Positions 23,395-38,300 of a stretch of 64,000 nucleotides of DNA are shown piece after piece. The stretch's first letter is position 1; every line of letters begins with the position of its first letter. The DNA is taken from the NCBI RefSeq assembly GCF_009914755.1, contig NC_060927.1, one strand, 5' to 3'. The notes under the pieces were generated by a model. It did no database searches. It was not told the origin of the DNA and saw only the letters and a list, made by a program, of their open reading frames with translations. Both the position numbers and the translations under genes were made by a program. The DNA comes from the human T2T-CHM13v2.0 reference genome, Homo sapiens.

Positions 23395-26300
23395 ATACTG
23401 TCTAGTTTTTATACGAAGATATTTCCTTTTGTACCATTGGCCTCATACTGCTAGAATTTTCCACTTGCAAATTCCACAAAAAGAGTGTTTCCAATCCGCT
23501 CTGTCTAAAGGAAGGTTCAACTCTCTGATTTGAATACATACATCCCAAAAGAAGTTACTGAGAATTCTTCTGTCTAGCATTATGTGAAGAAATCCCGTTT
23601 CTAACGAAAGCCTCAAAGAGGCCCAAATATCCAGTTGCAGCATTTACAAACTGACTGTTTCCAAACTCATCTATGAAAAGAAAGGTTAAACTCTGTGAGT
23701 TGAATGCACATATCACAAAGTAGTTCCTGAGAATGATTCTGTCTAGTTTTTATACGAAGATATTTCCTTTTCCACCAATGGCCTCAAAGTGCTTGAAATC
23801 TCCCCTTGCAAATTCCACAGACAAGTGTCTCAAATCTGCACTGTCTAAAGGAAGGTTCAACCCTGTGAGTTGAATACACACACACAGAAAAAAATTCACT
23901 GAGAATTCTATTGTCTATCATTACACGAAGAAATCCCGTTTACTACGAAGGCCTCAAAGAGGTCCAAATATCCAGCTGCAGACATTACAAACTGAGTGTT
24001 TCCAAAGTGCTCTATGAAAAGAAGTGTTAAACACTGTGAGTTCAATGCACACATCCCAAAGCAGTTTCTGAGAATGATTCCGTCTATTTTTTCTACGAAG
24101 ATATTTCCTTTTCTACCGTTGGCCTCAAAGCGCTTGAAATCTCCACTTGCAAATTCCACAAAAAGAGAGTTTCAAATCTGCTCTGTCTAAAGGAAGGTTC
24201 AACTCTGTGAGTTGAATACACACCACAAAAAGAAGTTACTGAGAATTCTTCTGTCTAGCATTATATGAAAAATCCCGTTTCCAACGAAGGCCACAAAGAG
24301 GTCCAAATATCCACTTGCAGATTCTGCAAAAAGAGTGTTTCCAAACTGCTCTATGAAAAGAAATGTTAAACTCTGTGAGTTGAACGCAAACATCACAAAG
24401 TAGTTTCTGAGAATGACTCCGTCTAGTTTTTATACGAAGATATTTCCTTTTCTACCATTCACTTCAAAGCGCTTGAAGTCTCCCCCTGAAAATTCCACAA
24501 AAAGTGTTTCCAATCTGCTCCGCCTAAAGGAAGCTTCAACTCTGTGAGTTGAATACCCACAACCCAAAGAAGTTACTGAGAATTCTTCTGTCTAGCACTA
24601 TATGAAGAAATCCCGTTTCCAACGAAGGCCTCAAATACATCCAAATATCCAGTTGCTGACTTTACAAACTGAGTGTTTCCAAACTGCTCTATGAAAAGAA
24701 AGGTTAAACACTGTGAGTTGAACACACACGTACCAAAGTAGTTTCTGAGAATGATTCTGTCTAGTTTGCATACGAAGATATTTCCTTTTCTACCATTGGC
24801 CTCAAAGCTTTGAAATCTCCACTTGCAAATTCCACAAAAAGAGAGTTTCAACTCTGCTGTTTCTAAAGGAAAGTTCAACTCTGAGAGTTGAATACACACC
24901 AGAAAAAGCAGTTACTGAGAAGTCTTCTGTCTAGCATTATATGAAGAAATCCCATTTCCAACGAAGACTTCAAAGAGGTCCAAATATCCACTTGCAGATT
25001 CTGCAAAAAGAGTGTTTCGAAACAACTGTATGAAAAGAAAGGTTAAACACTGTGAGTTGAACGCACACATTGCAAAGCAGTTTCTGAGAATGATTCCGTC
25101 TAATTATTATACGAAGGTATTTCCTTTTCTATCATTGGCCTCAAAGCGCTTGATACCTCCACCTGAAAATTCCACAAAAAGAGTGTTTCCAATCTACTCT
25201 GTCTAAAGGAACGTTCAACTCTGTGAGTTGAATACACACACACAGAAAGAATTCACTGAGAATTCTTCTGTCTGGCATTACATGAAGAAATCCCGTTTCC
25301 AACGAAGGCCTCAAAGAGGTCCAAATATCCACTTGCAGATTCTGCAAAAAGAGTGTTTCAAAACCGCTCCATTAAAAGGAATGTTGAACTCTGTGAGTTG
25401 AATGCAAACATCACAACTCAGTTTCTGAGAATGCTTCTGACTAGATTTTATGGTAAGATATTTCCTTTTCTACCGTAGGCTTCAATGCCCTCTAAATACA
25501 CCCTTGCAAATTCTACAAAGAGACTGCTTCATAACTGCTCTATAGGAGGAAAGGTTCAACTCTGTGAGTTGAATGCAGAGATCACAACGTGGTTTCTGCG
25601 AATGATTCTTTGTAGTTTTTACATGAAGATATTTCGTTGTCTACCGTAGGCTTCAAAGCACTCAAAGTATTCACTTGGAACTTTTACAAAAAGAGTGTTA
25701 GAAAACTGCTCTTTCCAAAGTAAGGTTCAACTCTGTGAGTTGAATGCACACATAACAAACAAGAAGTTTCTGAGAATTCTTCTGTCCTGGTTTATATGAA
25801 GAAATCCCGTTTCCAACGAAGGCCTCAAAGACGTTTAAATATCCACTTGCACACTTCACAAACAGAGTGTTTCCAAACTGCTCTATGAAAAGAAAGGGTA
25901 AACACTGTGAGTTGAACGCACACATCACAAAGTAGTTTCTGAGAATGATACTGTCTAGTTTTTATACGAAGATATTTCCTTTTGTACCACTGGCCTCATA
26001 CTGCTAGAATTTTCCACTTGCAAATTCCACAAAAAGAGAGTTTCCAATCTGCTCTGTCTAAAGGAAGGTTCAACTCTGTGAGTTGAGTACACACACACAA
26101 AGAAGCTACTGAGAATTCTTTTGTCAAGAATTATAAGAAGAAATCCCGTTTCCAACCAAGGCCTCAAAGAGTTCCAAATATCCACTTGCACACTGCACAA
26201 ACTAAGTCTTTCCATACTGCTCTATGCAAAGAAATGTTCAAATCTGTGACTTTAATACACACATCACAAAGCAGTTTCTGAGAATGATACTGTCTAGTTT

Positions 26301-29300
26301 TTATACGAAGATATTTCCTTTTGTACCATTGGCCTCATACTGCTAGAATTTTCCACTTGCAAATTCCACAAAAAGAGTGTTTCCAATCCGCTCTGTCTAA
26401 AGGAAGGTTCAACTCTCTGATTTGAATACATACATCCCAAAAGAAGTTACTGAGAATTCTTCTGTCTAGCATTATGTGAAGAAATCCCGTTTCCAACGAA
26501 AGCCTCAAAGAGGCCCAAATATCCAGTTGCAGCATTTACAAACTGACTGTTTCCAAACTCATCTATGAAAAGAAAGGTTAAACTCTGTGAGTTGAATGCA
26601 CATATCACAAAGTAGTTCCTGAGAATGATTCTGTCTAGTTTTTATACGAAGATATTTCCTTTTCCACCAATGGCCTCAAAGTGCTTGAAATCTCCCCTTG
26701 CAAATTCCACAGACAAGTGTCTCAAATCTGCACTGTCTAAAGGAAGGTTCAACCCTGTGAGTTGAATACACACACACAGAAAAAAATTCACTGAGAATTC
26801 TATTGTCTATCATTACACGAAGAAATCCCGTTTACTACGAAGGCCTCAAAGAGGTCCAAATATCCAGCTGCAGACATTACAAACTGAGTGTTTCCAAAGT
26901 GCTCTATGAAAAGAAGTGTTAAACACTGTGAGTTCAATGCACACATCCCAAAGCAGTTTCTGAGAATGATTCCGTCTATTTTTTCTACGAAGATATTTCC
27001 TTTTCTACCGTTGGCCTCAAAGCGCTTGAAATCTCCACTTGCAAATTCCACAAAAAGAGAGTTTCAAATCTGCTCTGTCTAAAGGAAGGTTCAACTCTGT
27101 GAGTTGAATACACACCACAAAAAGAAGTTACTGAGAATTCTTCTGTCTAGCATTATATGAAAAATCCCGTTTCCAACGAAGGCCACAAAGAGGTCCAAAT
27201 ATCCACTTGCAGATTCTGCAAAAAGAGTGTTTCCAAACTGCTCTATGAAAAGAAACGTTAAACTCTGTGAGTTGAACGCAAACATCACAAAGTAGTTTCT
27301 GAGAATGACTCCGTCTAGTTTTTATACGAAGATATTTCCTTTTCTACCATTCACTTCAAAGCGCTTGAAGTCTCCCCCTGAAAATTCCACAAAAAGTGTT
27401 TCCAATCTGCTCCGCCTAAAGGAAGCTTCAACTCTGTGAGTTGAATACCCACAACCCAAAGAAGTTACTGAGAATTCTTCTGTCTAGCACTATATGAAGA
27501 AATCCCGTTTCCAACGAAGGCCTCAAATACATCCAAATATCCAGTTGCTGACTTTACAAACTGAGTGTTTCCAAACTGCTCTATGAAAAGAAAGGTTAAA
27601 CACTGTGACTTGAACACACACGTACCAAAGTAGTTTCTGAGAATGATTCTGTCTAGTTTGCATACGAAGATATTTCCTTTTCTACCATTGGCCTCAAAGC
27701 TTTGAAATCTCCACTTGCAAATTCCACAAAAAGAGAGTTTCAACTCTGCTGTTTCTAAAGGAAAGTTCAACTCTGAGAGTTGAATACACACCAGAAAAAG
27801 CAGTTACTGAGAAGTCTTCTGTCTAGCATTATATGAAGAAATCCCATTTCCAACGAAGACTTCAAAGAGGTCCAAATATCCACTTGCAGATTCTGCAAAA
27901 AGAGTGTTTCGAAACAACTGTATGAAAAGAAAGGTTAAACACTGTGAGTTGAACGCACACATTGCAAAGCAGTTTCTGAGAATGATTCCGTCTAATTATT
28001 ATACGAAGGTATTTCCTTTTCTATCATTGGCCTCAAAGCGCTTGATACCTCCACCTGAAAATTCCACAAAAAGAGTGTTTCCAATCTACTCTGTCTAAAG
28101 GAACGTTCAACTCTGTGAGTTGAATACACACACACAGAAAGAATTCACTGAGAATTCTTCTGTCTGGCATTACATGAAGAAATCCCGTTTCCAACGAAGG
28201 CCTCAAAGAGGTCCAAATATCCACTTGCAGATTCTGCAAAAAGAGTGTTTCAAAACCGCTCCATTAAAAGGAATGTTGAACTCTGTGAGTTGAATGCAAA
28301 CATCACAACTCAGTTTCTGAGAATGCTTCTGACTAGATTTTATGGTAAGATATTTCCTTTTCTACCGTAGGCTTCAATGCCCTGTAAACACACCCTTGCA
28401 AATTCTACAAAGAGACTGCTTCATAACTGCTCTATAGGAGGAAAGGTTCAACTCTGTGAGTTGAATGCAGAGATCACAACGTGGTTTCTGCGAATGATTC
28501 TTTGTAGTTTTTACATGAAGATATTTCGTTGTCTACCGTAGGCTTCAAAGCACTCAAAGTATTCACTTGGAACTTTCACAAAAAGAGTGTTAGAAAACTG
28601 CTCTTTCCAAAGTAAGGTTCAACTCTGTGAGTTGAATGCACACATAACAAACAAGAAGTTTCTGAGAATTCTTCTGTCCTGGTTTATATGAAGAAATCCC
28701 GTTTCCAACGAAGGCCTCAAAGACGTTTAAATATCCACTTGCAGACTTCACAAACAGAGTGTTTCCAAACTGCTCTATGAAAAGAAAGGGTAAACACTGT
28801 GAGTTGAACGCACACCTCACAAAGTAGTTTCTGAGAATGATACTGTCTAGTTTTTATACGAAGATATTTCCTTTTGTACCATTGGCCTCATACTGCTAGA
28901 ATTTTCCACTTGCAAATTCCACAAAAAGAGTGTTTCCAATCTGCTCTGTCTAAAGGAAGGTTCAACTCTGTGAGTTGAGTACACACACACAAAGAAGCTA
29001 CTGAGAATTCTTTTGTCAAGAATTATAAGAAGAAATCCCGTTTCCAACCAAGGCCTCAAAGAGTTCCAAATATCCACTTGCACACTGCACAAACTAAGTC
29101 TTTCCATACTGCTCTATGCAAAGAAATGTTCAAATCTGTGAGTTTAATACACACATCACAAAGCAGTTTCTGAGAATGATACTGTCTAGTTTTTATACGA
29201 AGATATTTCCTTTTGTACCATTGGCCTCATACTGCTAGAATTTTCCACTTGCAAATTCCACAAAAAGAGTGTTTCCAATCCGCTCTGTCTAAAGGAAGGT

Positions 29301-32300
29301 TCAACTCTCTGATTTGAATACATACATCCCAAAAGAAGTTACTGAGAATTCTTCTGTCTAGCATTATGTGAAGAAATCCCGTTTCCAACGAAAGCCTCAA
29401 AGAGGCCCAAATATCCAGTTGCAGCATTTACAAACTGACTGTTTCCAAACTCATCTATGAAAAGAAAGGTTAAACTCTGTGAGTTGAATGCACATATCAC
29501 AAAGTAGTTCCTGAGAATGATTCTGTCTAGTTTTTATACGAAGATATTTCCTTTTCCACCAATGGCCTCAAAGTGCTTGAAATCTCCCCTTGCAAATTCC
29601 ACAGACAAGTGTCTCAAATCTGCACTGTCTAAAGGAAGGTTCAACCCTGTGAGTTGAATACACACTCACAGAAAAAAATTCACTGAGAATTCTATTGTCT
29701 ATCATTACACGAAGAAATCCCGTTTACTACGAAGGCCTCAAAGAGGTCCAAATATCCAGCTGCAGACATTACAAACTGAGTGTTTCCAAAGTGCTCTATG
29801 AAAAGAAGTGTTAAACACTGTGAGTTCAATGCACACATCCCAAAGCAGTTTCTGAGAATGATTCCGTCTATTTTTTCTACGAAGATATTTCCTTTTCTAC
29901 CGTTGGCCTCAAAGCGCTTGAAATCTCCACTTGCAAATTCCACAAAAAGAGAGTTTCAAATCTGCTCTGTCTAAAGGAAGGTTCAACTCTGTGAGTTGAA
30001 TACACACCACAAAAAGAAGTTACTGAGAATTCTTCTGTCTAGCATTATATGAAAAATCCCGTTTCCAACGAAGGCCACAAAGAGGTCCAAATATCCACTT
30101 GCAGATTCTGCAAAAAGAGTGTTTCCAAACTGCTCTATGAAAAGAAACGTTAAACTCTGTGAGTTGAACGCAAACATCACAAAGTAGTTTCTGAGAATGA
30201 CTCCGTCTAGTTTTTATACGAAGATATTTCCTTTTCTACCATTCACTTCAAAGCGCTTGAAGTCTCCCCCTGAAAATTCCACAAAAAGTGTTTCCAATCT
30301 GCTCCGCCTAAAGGAAGCTTCAACTCTGTGAGTTGAATACCCACAACCCAAAGAAGTTACTGAGAATTCTTCTGTCTAGCACTATATGAAGAAATCCCGT
30401 TTCCAACGAAGGCCTCAAATACATCCAAATATCCAGTTGCTGACTTTACAAACTGAGTGTTTCCAAACTGCTCTATGAAAAGAAAGGTTAAACACTGTGA
30501 GTTGAACACACACGTACCAAAGTAGTTTCTGAGAATGATTCTGTCTAGTTTGCATACGAAGATATTTCCTTTTCTACCATTGGCCTCAAAGCTTTGAAAT
30601 CTCCACTTGCAAATTCCACAAAAAGAGAGTTTCAACTCTGCTGTTTCTAAAGGAAAGTTCAACTCTGAGAGTTGAATACACACCAGAAAAAGCAGTTACT
30701 GAGAAGTCTTCTGTCTAGCATTATATGAAGAAATCCCATTTCCAACGAAGACTTCAAAGAGGTCCAAATATCCACTTGCAGATTCTGCAAAAAGAGTGTT
30801 TCGAAACAACTGTATGAAAAGAAAGGTTAAACACTGTGAGTTGAACGCACACATTGCAAAGCAGTTTCTGAGAATGATTCCGTCTAATTATTATACGAAG
30901 GTATTTCCTTTTCTATCATTGGCCTCAAAGCGCTTGATACCTCCACCTGAAAATTCCACAAAAAGAGTGTTTCCAATCTACTCTGTCTAAAGGAACGTTC
31001 AACTCTGTGAGTTGAATACACACACACAGAAAGAATTCACTGAGAATTCTTCTGTCTGGCATTACATGAAGAAATCCCGTTTCCAACGAAGGCCTCAAAG
31101 AGGTCCAAATATCCACTTGCAGATTCTGCAAAAAGAGTGTTTCAAAACCGCTCCATTAAAAGGAATGTTGAACTCTGTGAGTTGAATGCAAACATCACAA
31201 CTCAGTTTCTGAGAATGCTTCTGACTAGATTTTATGGTAAGATATTTCCTTTTCTACCGTAGGCTTCAATGCCCTCTAAATACACCCTTGCAAATTCTAC
31301 AAAGAGACTGCTTCATAACTGCTCTATAGGAGGAAAGGTTCAACTCTGTGAGTTGAATGCAGAGATCACAACGTGGTTTCTGCGAATGATTCTTTGTAGT
31401 TTTTACATGAAGATATTTCGTTGTCTACCGTAGGCTTCAAAGCACTCAAAGTATTCACTTGGAACTTTTACAAAAAGAGTGTTAGAAAACTGCTCTTTCC
31501 AAAGTAAGGTTCAACTCTGTGAGTTGAATGCACACATAACAAACAAGAAGTTTCTGAGAATTCTTCTGTCCTGGTTTATATGAAGAAATCCCGTTTCCAA
31601 CGAAGGCCTCAAAGACGTTTAAATATCCACTTGCACACTTCACAAACAGAGTGTTTCCAAACTGCTCTATGAAAAGAAAGGGTAAACACTGTGAGTTGAA
31701 CGCACACATCACAAAGTAGTTTCTGAGAATGATACTGTCTAGTTTTTATACGAAGATATTTCCTTTTGTACCACTGGCCTCATACTGCTAGAATTTTCCA
31801 CTTGCAAATTCCACAAAAAGAGAGTTTCCAATCTGCTCTGTCTAAAGGAAGGTTCAACTCTGTGAGTTGAGTACACACACACAAAGAAGCTACTGAGAAT
31901 TCTTTTGTCAAGAATTATAAGAAGAAATCCCGTTTCCAACCAAGGCCTCAAAGAGTTCCAAATATCCACTTGCACACTGCACAAACTAAGTCTTTCCATA
32001 CTGCTCTATGCAAAGAAATGTTCAAATCTGTGAGTTTAATACACACATCACAAAGCAGTTTCTGAGAATGATACTGTCTAGTTTTTATACGAAGATATTT
32101 CCTTTTGTACCATTGGCCTCATACTGCTAGAATTTTCCACTTGCAAATTCCACAAAAAGAGTGTTTCCAATCCGCTCTGTCTAAAGGAAGGTTCAACTCT
32201 CTGATTTGAATACATACATCCCAAAAGAAGTTACTGAGAATTCTTCTGTCTAGCATTATGTGAAGAAATCCCGTTTCCAACGAAAGCCTCAAAGAGGCCC

Positions 32301-35300
32301 AAATATCCAGTTGCAGCATTTACAAACTGACTGTTTCCAAACTCATCTATGAAAAGAAAGGTTAAACTCTGTGAGTTGAATGCACATATCACAAAGTAGT
32401 TCCTGAGAATGATTCTGTCTAGTTTTTATACGAAGATATTTCCTTTTCCACCAATGGCCTCAAAGTGCTTGAAATCTCCCCTTGCAAATTCCACAGACAA
32501 GTGTCTCAAATCTGCACTGTCTAAAGGAAGGTTCAACCCTGTGAGTTGAATACACACACACAGAAAAAAATTCACTGAGAATTCTATTGTCTATCATTAC
32601 ACGAAGAAATCCCGTTTACTACGAAGGCCTCAAAGAGGTCCAAATATCCAGCTGCAGACATTACAAACTGAGTGTTTCCAAAGTGCTCTATGAAAAGAAG
32701 TGTTAAACACTGTGAGTTCAATGCACACATCCCAAAGCAGTTTCTGAGAATGATTCCGTCTATTTTTTCTACGAAGATATTTCCTTTTCTACCGTTGGCC
32801 TCAAAGCGCTTGAAATCTCCACTTGCAAATTCCACAAAAAGAGAGTTTCAAATCTGCTCTGTCTAAAGGAAGGTTCAACTCTGTGAGTTGAATACACACC
32901 ACAAAAAGAAGTTACTGAGAATTCTTCTGTCTAGCATTATATGAAAAATCCCGTTTCCAACGAAGGCCACAAAGAGGTCCAAATATCCACTTGCAGATTC
33001 TGCAAAAAGAGTGTTTCCAAACTGCTCTATGAAAAGAAACGTTAAACTCTGTGAGTTGAACGCAAACATCACAAAGTAGTTTCTGAGAATGACTCCGTCT
33101 AGTTTTTATACGAAGATATTTCCTTTTCTACCATTCACTTCAAAGCGCTTGAAGTCTCCCCCTGAAAATTCCACAAAAAGTGTTTCCAATCTGCTCCGCC
33201 TAAAGGAAGCTTCAACTCTGTGAGTTGAATACCCACAACCCAAAGAAGTTACTGAGAATTCTTCTGTCTAGCACTATATGAAGAAATCCCGTTTCCAACG
33301 AAGGCCTCAAATACATCCAAATATCCAGTTGCTGACTTTACAAACTGAGTGTTTCCAAACTGCTCTATGAAAAGAAAGGTTAAACACTGTGACTTGAACA
33401 CACACGTACCAAAGTAGTTTCTGAGAATGATTCTGTCTAGTTTGCATACGAAGATATTTCCTTTTCTACCATTGGCCTCAAAGCTTTGAAATCTCCACTT
33501 GCAAATTCCACAAAAAGAGAGTTTCAACTCTGCTGTTTCTAAAGGAAAGTTCAACTCTGAGAGTTGAATACACACCAGAAAAAGCAGTTACTGAGAAGTC
33601 TTCTGTCTAGCATTATATGAAGAAATCCCATTTCCAACGAAGACTTCAAAGAGGTCCAAATATCCACTTGCAGATTCTGCAAAAAGAGTGTTTCGAAACA
33701 ACTGTATGAAAAGAAAGGTTAAACACTGTGAGTTGAACGCACACATTGCAAAGCAGTTTCTGAGAATGATTCCGTCTAATTATTATACGAAGGTATTTCC
33801 TTTTCTATCATTGGCCTCAAAGCGCTTGATACCTCCACCTGAAAATTCCACAAAAAGAGTGTTTCCAATCTACTCTGTCTAAAGGAACGTTCAACTCTGT
33901 GAGTTGAATACACACACACAGAAAGAATTCACTGAGAATTCTTCTGTCTGGCATTACATGAAGAAATCCCGTTTCCAACGAAGGCCTCAAAGAGGTCCAA
34001 ATATCCACTTGCAGATTCTGCAAAAAGAGTGTTTCAAAACCGCTCCATTAAAAGGAATGTTGAACTCTGTGAGTTGAATGCAAACATCACAACTCAGTTT
34101 CTGAGAATGCTTCTGACTAGATTTTATGGTAAGATATTTCCTTTTCTACCGTAGGCTTCAATGCCCTGTAAACACACCCTTGCAAATTCTACAAAGAGAC
34201 TGCTTCATAACTGCTCTATAGGAGGAAAGGTTCAACTCTGTGAGTTGAATGCAGAGATCACAACGTGGTTTCTGCGAATGATTCTTTGTAGTTTTTACAT
34301 GAAGATATTTCGTTGTCTACCGTAGGCTTCAAAGCACTCAAAGTATTCACTTGGAACTTTCACAAAAAGAGTGTTAGAAAACTGCTCTTTCCAAAGTAAG
34401 GTTCAACTCTGTGAGTTGAATGCACACATAACAAACAAGAAGTTTCTGAGAATTCTTCTGTCCTGGTTTATATGAAGAAATCCCGTTTCCAACGAAGGCC
34501 TCAAAGACGTTTAAATATCCACTTGCAGACTTCACAAACAGAGTGTTTCCAAACTGCTCTATGAAAAGAAAGGGTAAACACTGTGAGTTGAACGCACACC
34601 TCACAAAGTAGTTTCTGAGAATGATACTGTCTAGTTTTTATACGAAGATATTTCCTTTTGTACCATTGGCCTCATACTGCTAGAATTTTCCACTTGCAAA
34701 TTCCACAAAAAGAGTGTTTCCAATCTGCTCTGTCTAAAGGAAGGTTCAACTCTGTGAGTTGAGTACACACACACAAAGAAGCTACTGAGAATTCTTTTGT
34801 CAAGAATTATAAGAAGAAATCCCGTTTCCAACCAAGGCCTCAAAGAGTTCCAAATATCCACTTGCACACTGCACAAACTAAGTCTTTCCATACTGCTCTA
34901 TGCAAAGAAATGTTCAAATCTGTGAGTTTAATACACACATCACAAAGCAGTTTCTGAGAATGATACTGTCTAGTTTTTATACGAAGATATTTCCTTTTGT
35001 ACCATTGGCCTCATACTGCTAGAATTTTCCACTTGCAAATTCCACAAAAAGAGTGTTTCCAATCCGCTCTGTCTAAAGGAAGGTTCAACTCTCTGATTTG
35101 AATACATACATCCCAAAAGAAGTTACTGAGAATTCTTCTGTCTAGCATTATGTGAAGAAATCCCGTTTCCAACGAAAGCCTCAAAGAGGCCCAAATATCC
35201 AGTTGCAGCATTTACAAACTGACTGTTTCCAAACTCATCTATGAAAAGAAAGGTTAAACTCTGTGAGTTGAATGCACATATCACAAAGTAGTTCCTGAGA

Positions 35301-38300
35301 ATGATTCTGTCTAGTTTTTATACGAAGATATTTCCTTTTCCACCAATGGCCTCAAAGTGCTTGAAATCTCCCCTTGCAAATTCCACAGACAAGTGTCTCA
35401 AATCTGCACTGTCTAAAGGAAGGTTCAACCCTGTGAGTTGAATACACACTCACAGAAAAAAATTCACTGAGAATTCTATTGTCTATCATTACACGAAGAA
35501 ATCCCGTTTACTACGAAGGCCTCAAAGAGGTCCAAATATCCAGCTGCAGACATTACAAACTGAGTGTTTCCAAAGTGCTCTATGAAAAGAAGTGTTAAAC
35601 ACTGTGAGTTCAATGCACACATCCCAAAGCAGTTTCTGAGAATGATTCCGTCTATTTTTTCTACGAAGATATTTCCTTTTCTACCGTTGGCCTCAAAGCG
35701 CTTGAAATCTCCACTTGCAAATTCCACAAAAAGAGAGTTTCAAATCTGCTCTGTCTAAAGGAAGGTTCAACTCTGTGAGTTGAATACACACCACAAAAAG
35801 AAGTTACTGAGAATTCTTCTGTCTAGCATTATATGAAAAATCCCGTTTCCAACGAAGGCCACAAAGAGGTCCAAATATCCACTTGCAGATTCTGCAAAAA
35901 GAGTGTTTCCAAACTGCTCTATGAAAAGAAACGTTAAACTCTGTGAGTTGAACGCAAACATCACAAAGTAGTTTCTGAGAATGACTCCGTCTAGTTTTTA
36001 TACGAAGATATTTCCTTTTCTACCATTCACTTCAAAGCGCTTGAAGTCTCCCCCTGAAAATTCCACAAAAAGTGTTTCCAATCTGCTCCGCCTAAAGGAA
36101 GCTTCAACTCTGTGAGTTGAATACCCACAACCCAAAGAAGTTACTGAGAATTCTTCTGTCTAGCACTATATGAAGAAATCCCGTTTCCAACGAAGGCCTC
36201 AAATACATCCAAATATCCAGTTGCTGACTTTACAAACTGAGTGTTTCCAAACTGCTCTATGAAAAGAAAGGTTAAACACTGTGAGTTGAACACACACGTA
36301 CCAAAGTAGTTTCTGAGAATGATTCTGTCTAGTTTGCATACGAAGATATTTCCTTTTCTACCATTGGCCTCAAAGCTTTGAAATCTCCACTTGCAAATTC
36401 CACAAAAAGAGAGTTTCAACTCTGCTGTTTCTAAAGGAAAGTTCAACTCTGAGAGTTGAATACACACCAGAAAAAGCAGTTACTGAGAAGTCTTCTGTCT
36501 AGCATTATATGAAGAAATCCCATTTCCAACGAAGACTTCAAAGAGGTCCAAATATCCACTTGCAGATTCTGCAAAAAGAGTGTTTCGAAACAACTGTATG
36601 AAAAGAAAGGTTAAACACTGTGAGTTGAACGCACACATTGCAAAGCAGTTTCTGAGAATGATTCCGTCTAATTATTATACGAAGGTATTTCCTTTTCTAT
36701 CATTGGCCTCAAAGCGCTTGATACCTCCACCTGAAAATTCCACAAAAAGAGTGTTTCCAATCTACTCTGTCTAAAGGAACGTTCAACTCTGTGAGTTGAA
36801 TACACACACACAGAAAGAATTCACTGAGAATTCTTCTGTCTGGCATTACATGAAGAAATCCCGTTTCCAACGAAGGCCTCAAAGAGGTCCAAATATCCAC
36901 TTGCAGATTCTGCAAAAAGAGTGTTTCAAAACCGCTCCATTAAAAGGAATGTTGAACTCTGTGAGTTGAATGCAAACATCACAACTCAGTTTCTGAGAAT
37001 GCTTCTGACTAGATTTTATGGTAAGATATTTCCTTTTCTACCGTAGGCTTCAATGCCCTCTAAATACACCCTTGCAAATTCTACAAAGAGACTGCTTCAT
37101 AACTGCTCTATAGGAGGAAAGGTTCAACTCTGTGAGTTGAATGCAGAGATCACAACGTGGTTTCTGCGAATGATTCTTTGTAGTTTTTACATGAAGATAT
37201 TTCGTTGTCTACCGTAGGCTTCAAAGCACTCAAAGTATTCACTTGGAACTTTTACAAAAAGAGTGTTAGAAAACTGCTCTTTCCAAAGTAAGGTTCAACT
37301 CTGTGAGTTGAATGCACACATAACAAACAAGAAGTTTCTGAGAATTCTTCTGTCCTGGTTTATATGAAGAAATCCCGTTTCCAACGAAGGCCTCAAAGAC
37401 GTTTAAATATCCACTTGCACACTTCACAAACAGAGTGTTTCCAAACTGCTCTATGAAAAGAAAGGGTAAACACTGTGAGTTGAACGCACACATCACAAAG
37501 TAGTTTCTGAGAATGATACTGTCTAGTTTTTATACGAAGATATTTCCTTTTGTACCACTGGCCTCATACTGCTAGAATTTTCCACTTGCAAATTCCACAA
37601 AAAGAGAGTTTCCAATCTGCTCTGTCTAAAGGAAGGTTCAACTCTGTGAGTTGAGTACACACACACAAAGAAGCTACTGAGAATTCTTTTGTCAAGAATT
37701 ATAAGAAGAAATCCCGTTTCCAACCAAGGCCTCAAAGAGTTCCAAATATCCACTTGCACACTGCACAAACTAAGTCTTTCCATACTGCTCTATGCAAAGA
37801 AATGTTCAAATCTGTGAGTTTAATACACACATCACAAAGCAGTTTCTGAGAATGATACTGTCTAGTTTTTATACGAAGATATTTCCTTTTGTACCATTGG
37901 CCTCATACTGCTAGAATTTTCCACTTGCAAATTCCACAAAAAGAGTGTTTCCAATCCGCTCTGTCTAAAGGAAGGTTCAACTCTCTGATTTGAATACATA
38001 CATCCCAAAAGAAGTTACTGAGAATTCTTCTGTCTAGCATTATGTGAAGAAATCCCGTTTCCAACGAAAGCCTCAAAGAGGCCCAAATATCCAGTTGCAG
38101 CATTTACAAACTGACTGTTTCCAAACTCATCTATGAAAAGAAAGGTTAAACTCTGTGAGTTGAATGCACATATCACAAAGTAGTTCCTGAGAATGATTCT
38201 GTCTAGTTTTTATACGAAGATATTTCCTTTTCCACCAATGGCCTCAAAGTGCTTGAAATCTCCCCTTGCAAATTCCACAGACAAGTGTCTCAAATCTGCA

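Noticed and set aside
23593-23609. Apparent CENP-B box loss in U10 (TCCCGTTTCTAACGAAA, C>T at 23602)
   Set aside because: The change is at a non-core position; the NTTCGNNNNANNCGGGN pattern is retained.
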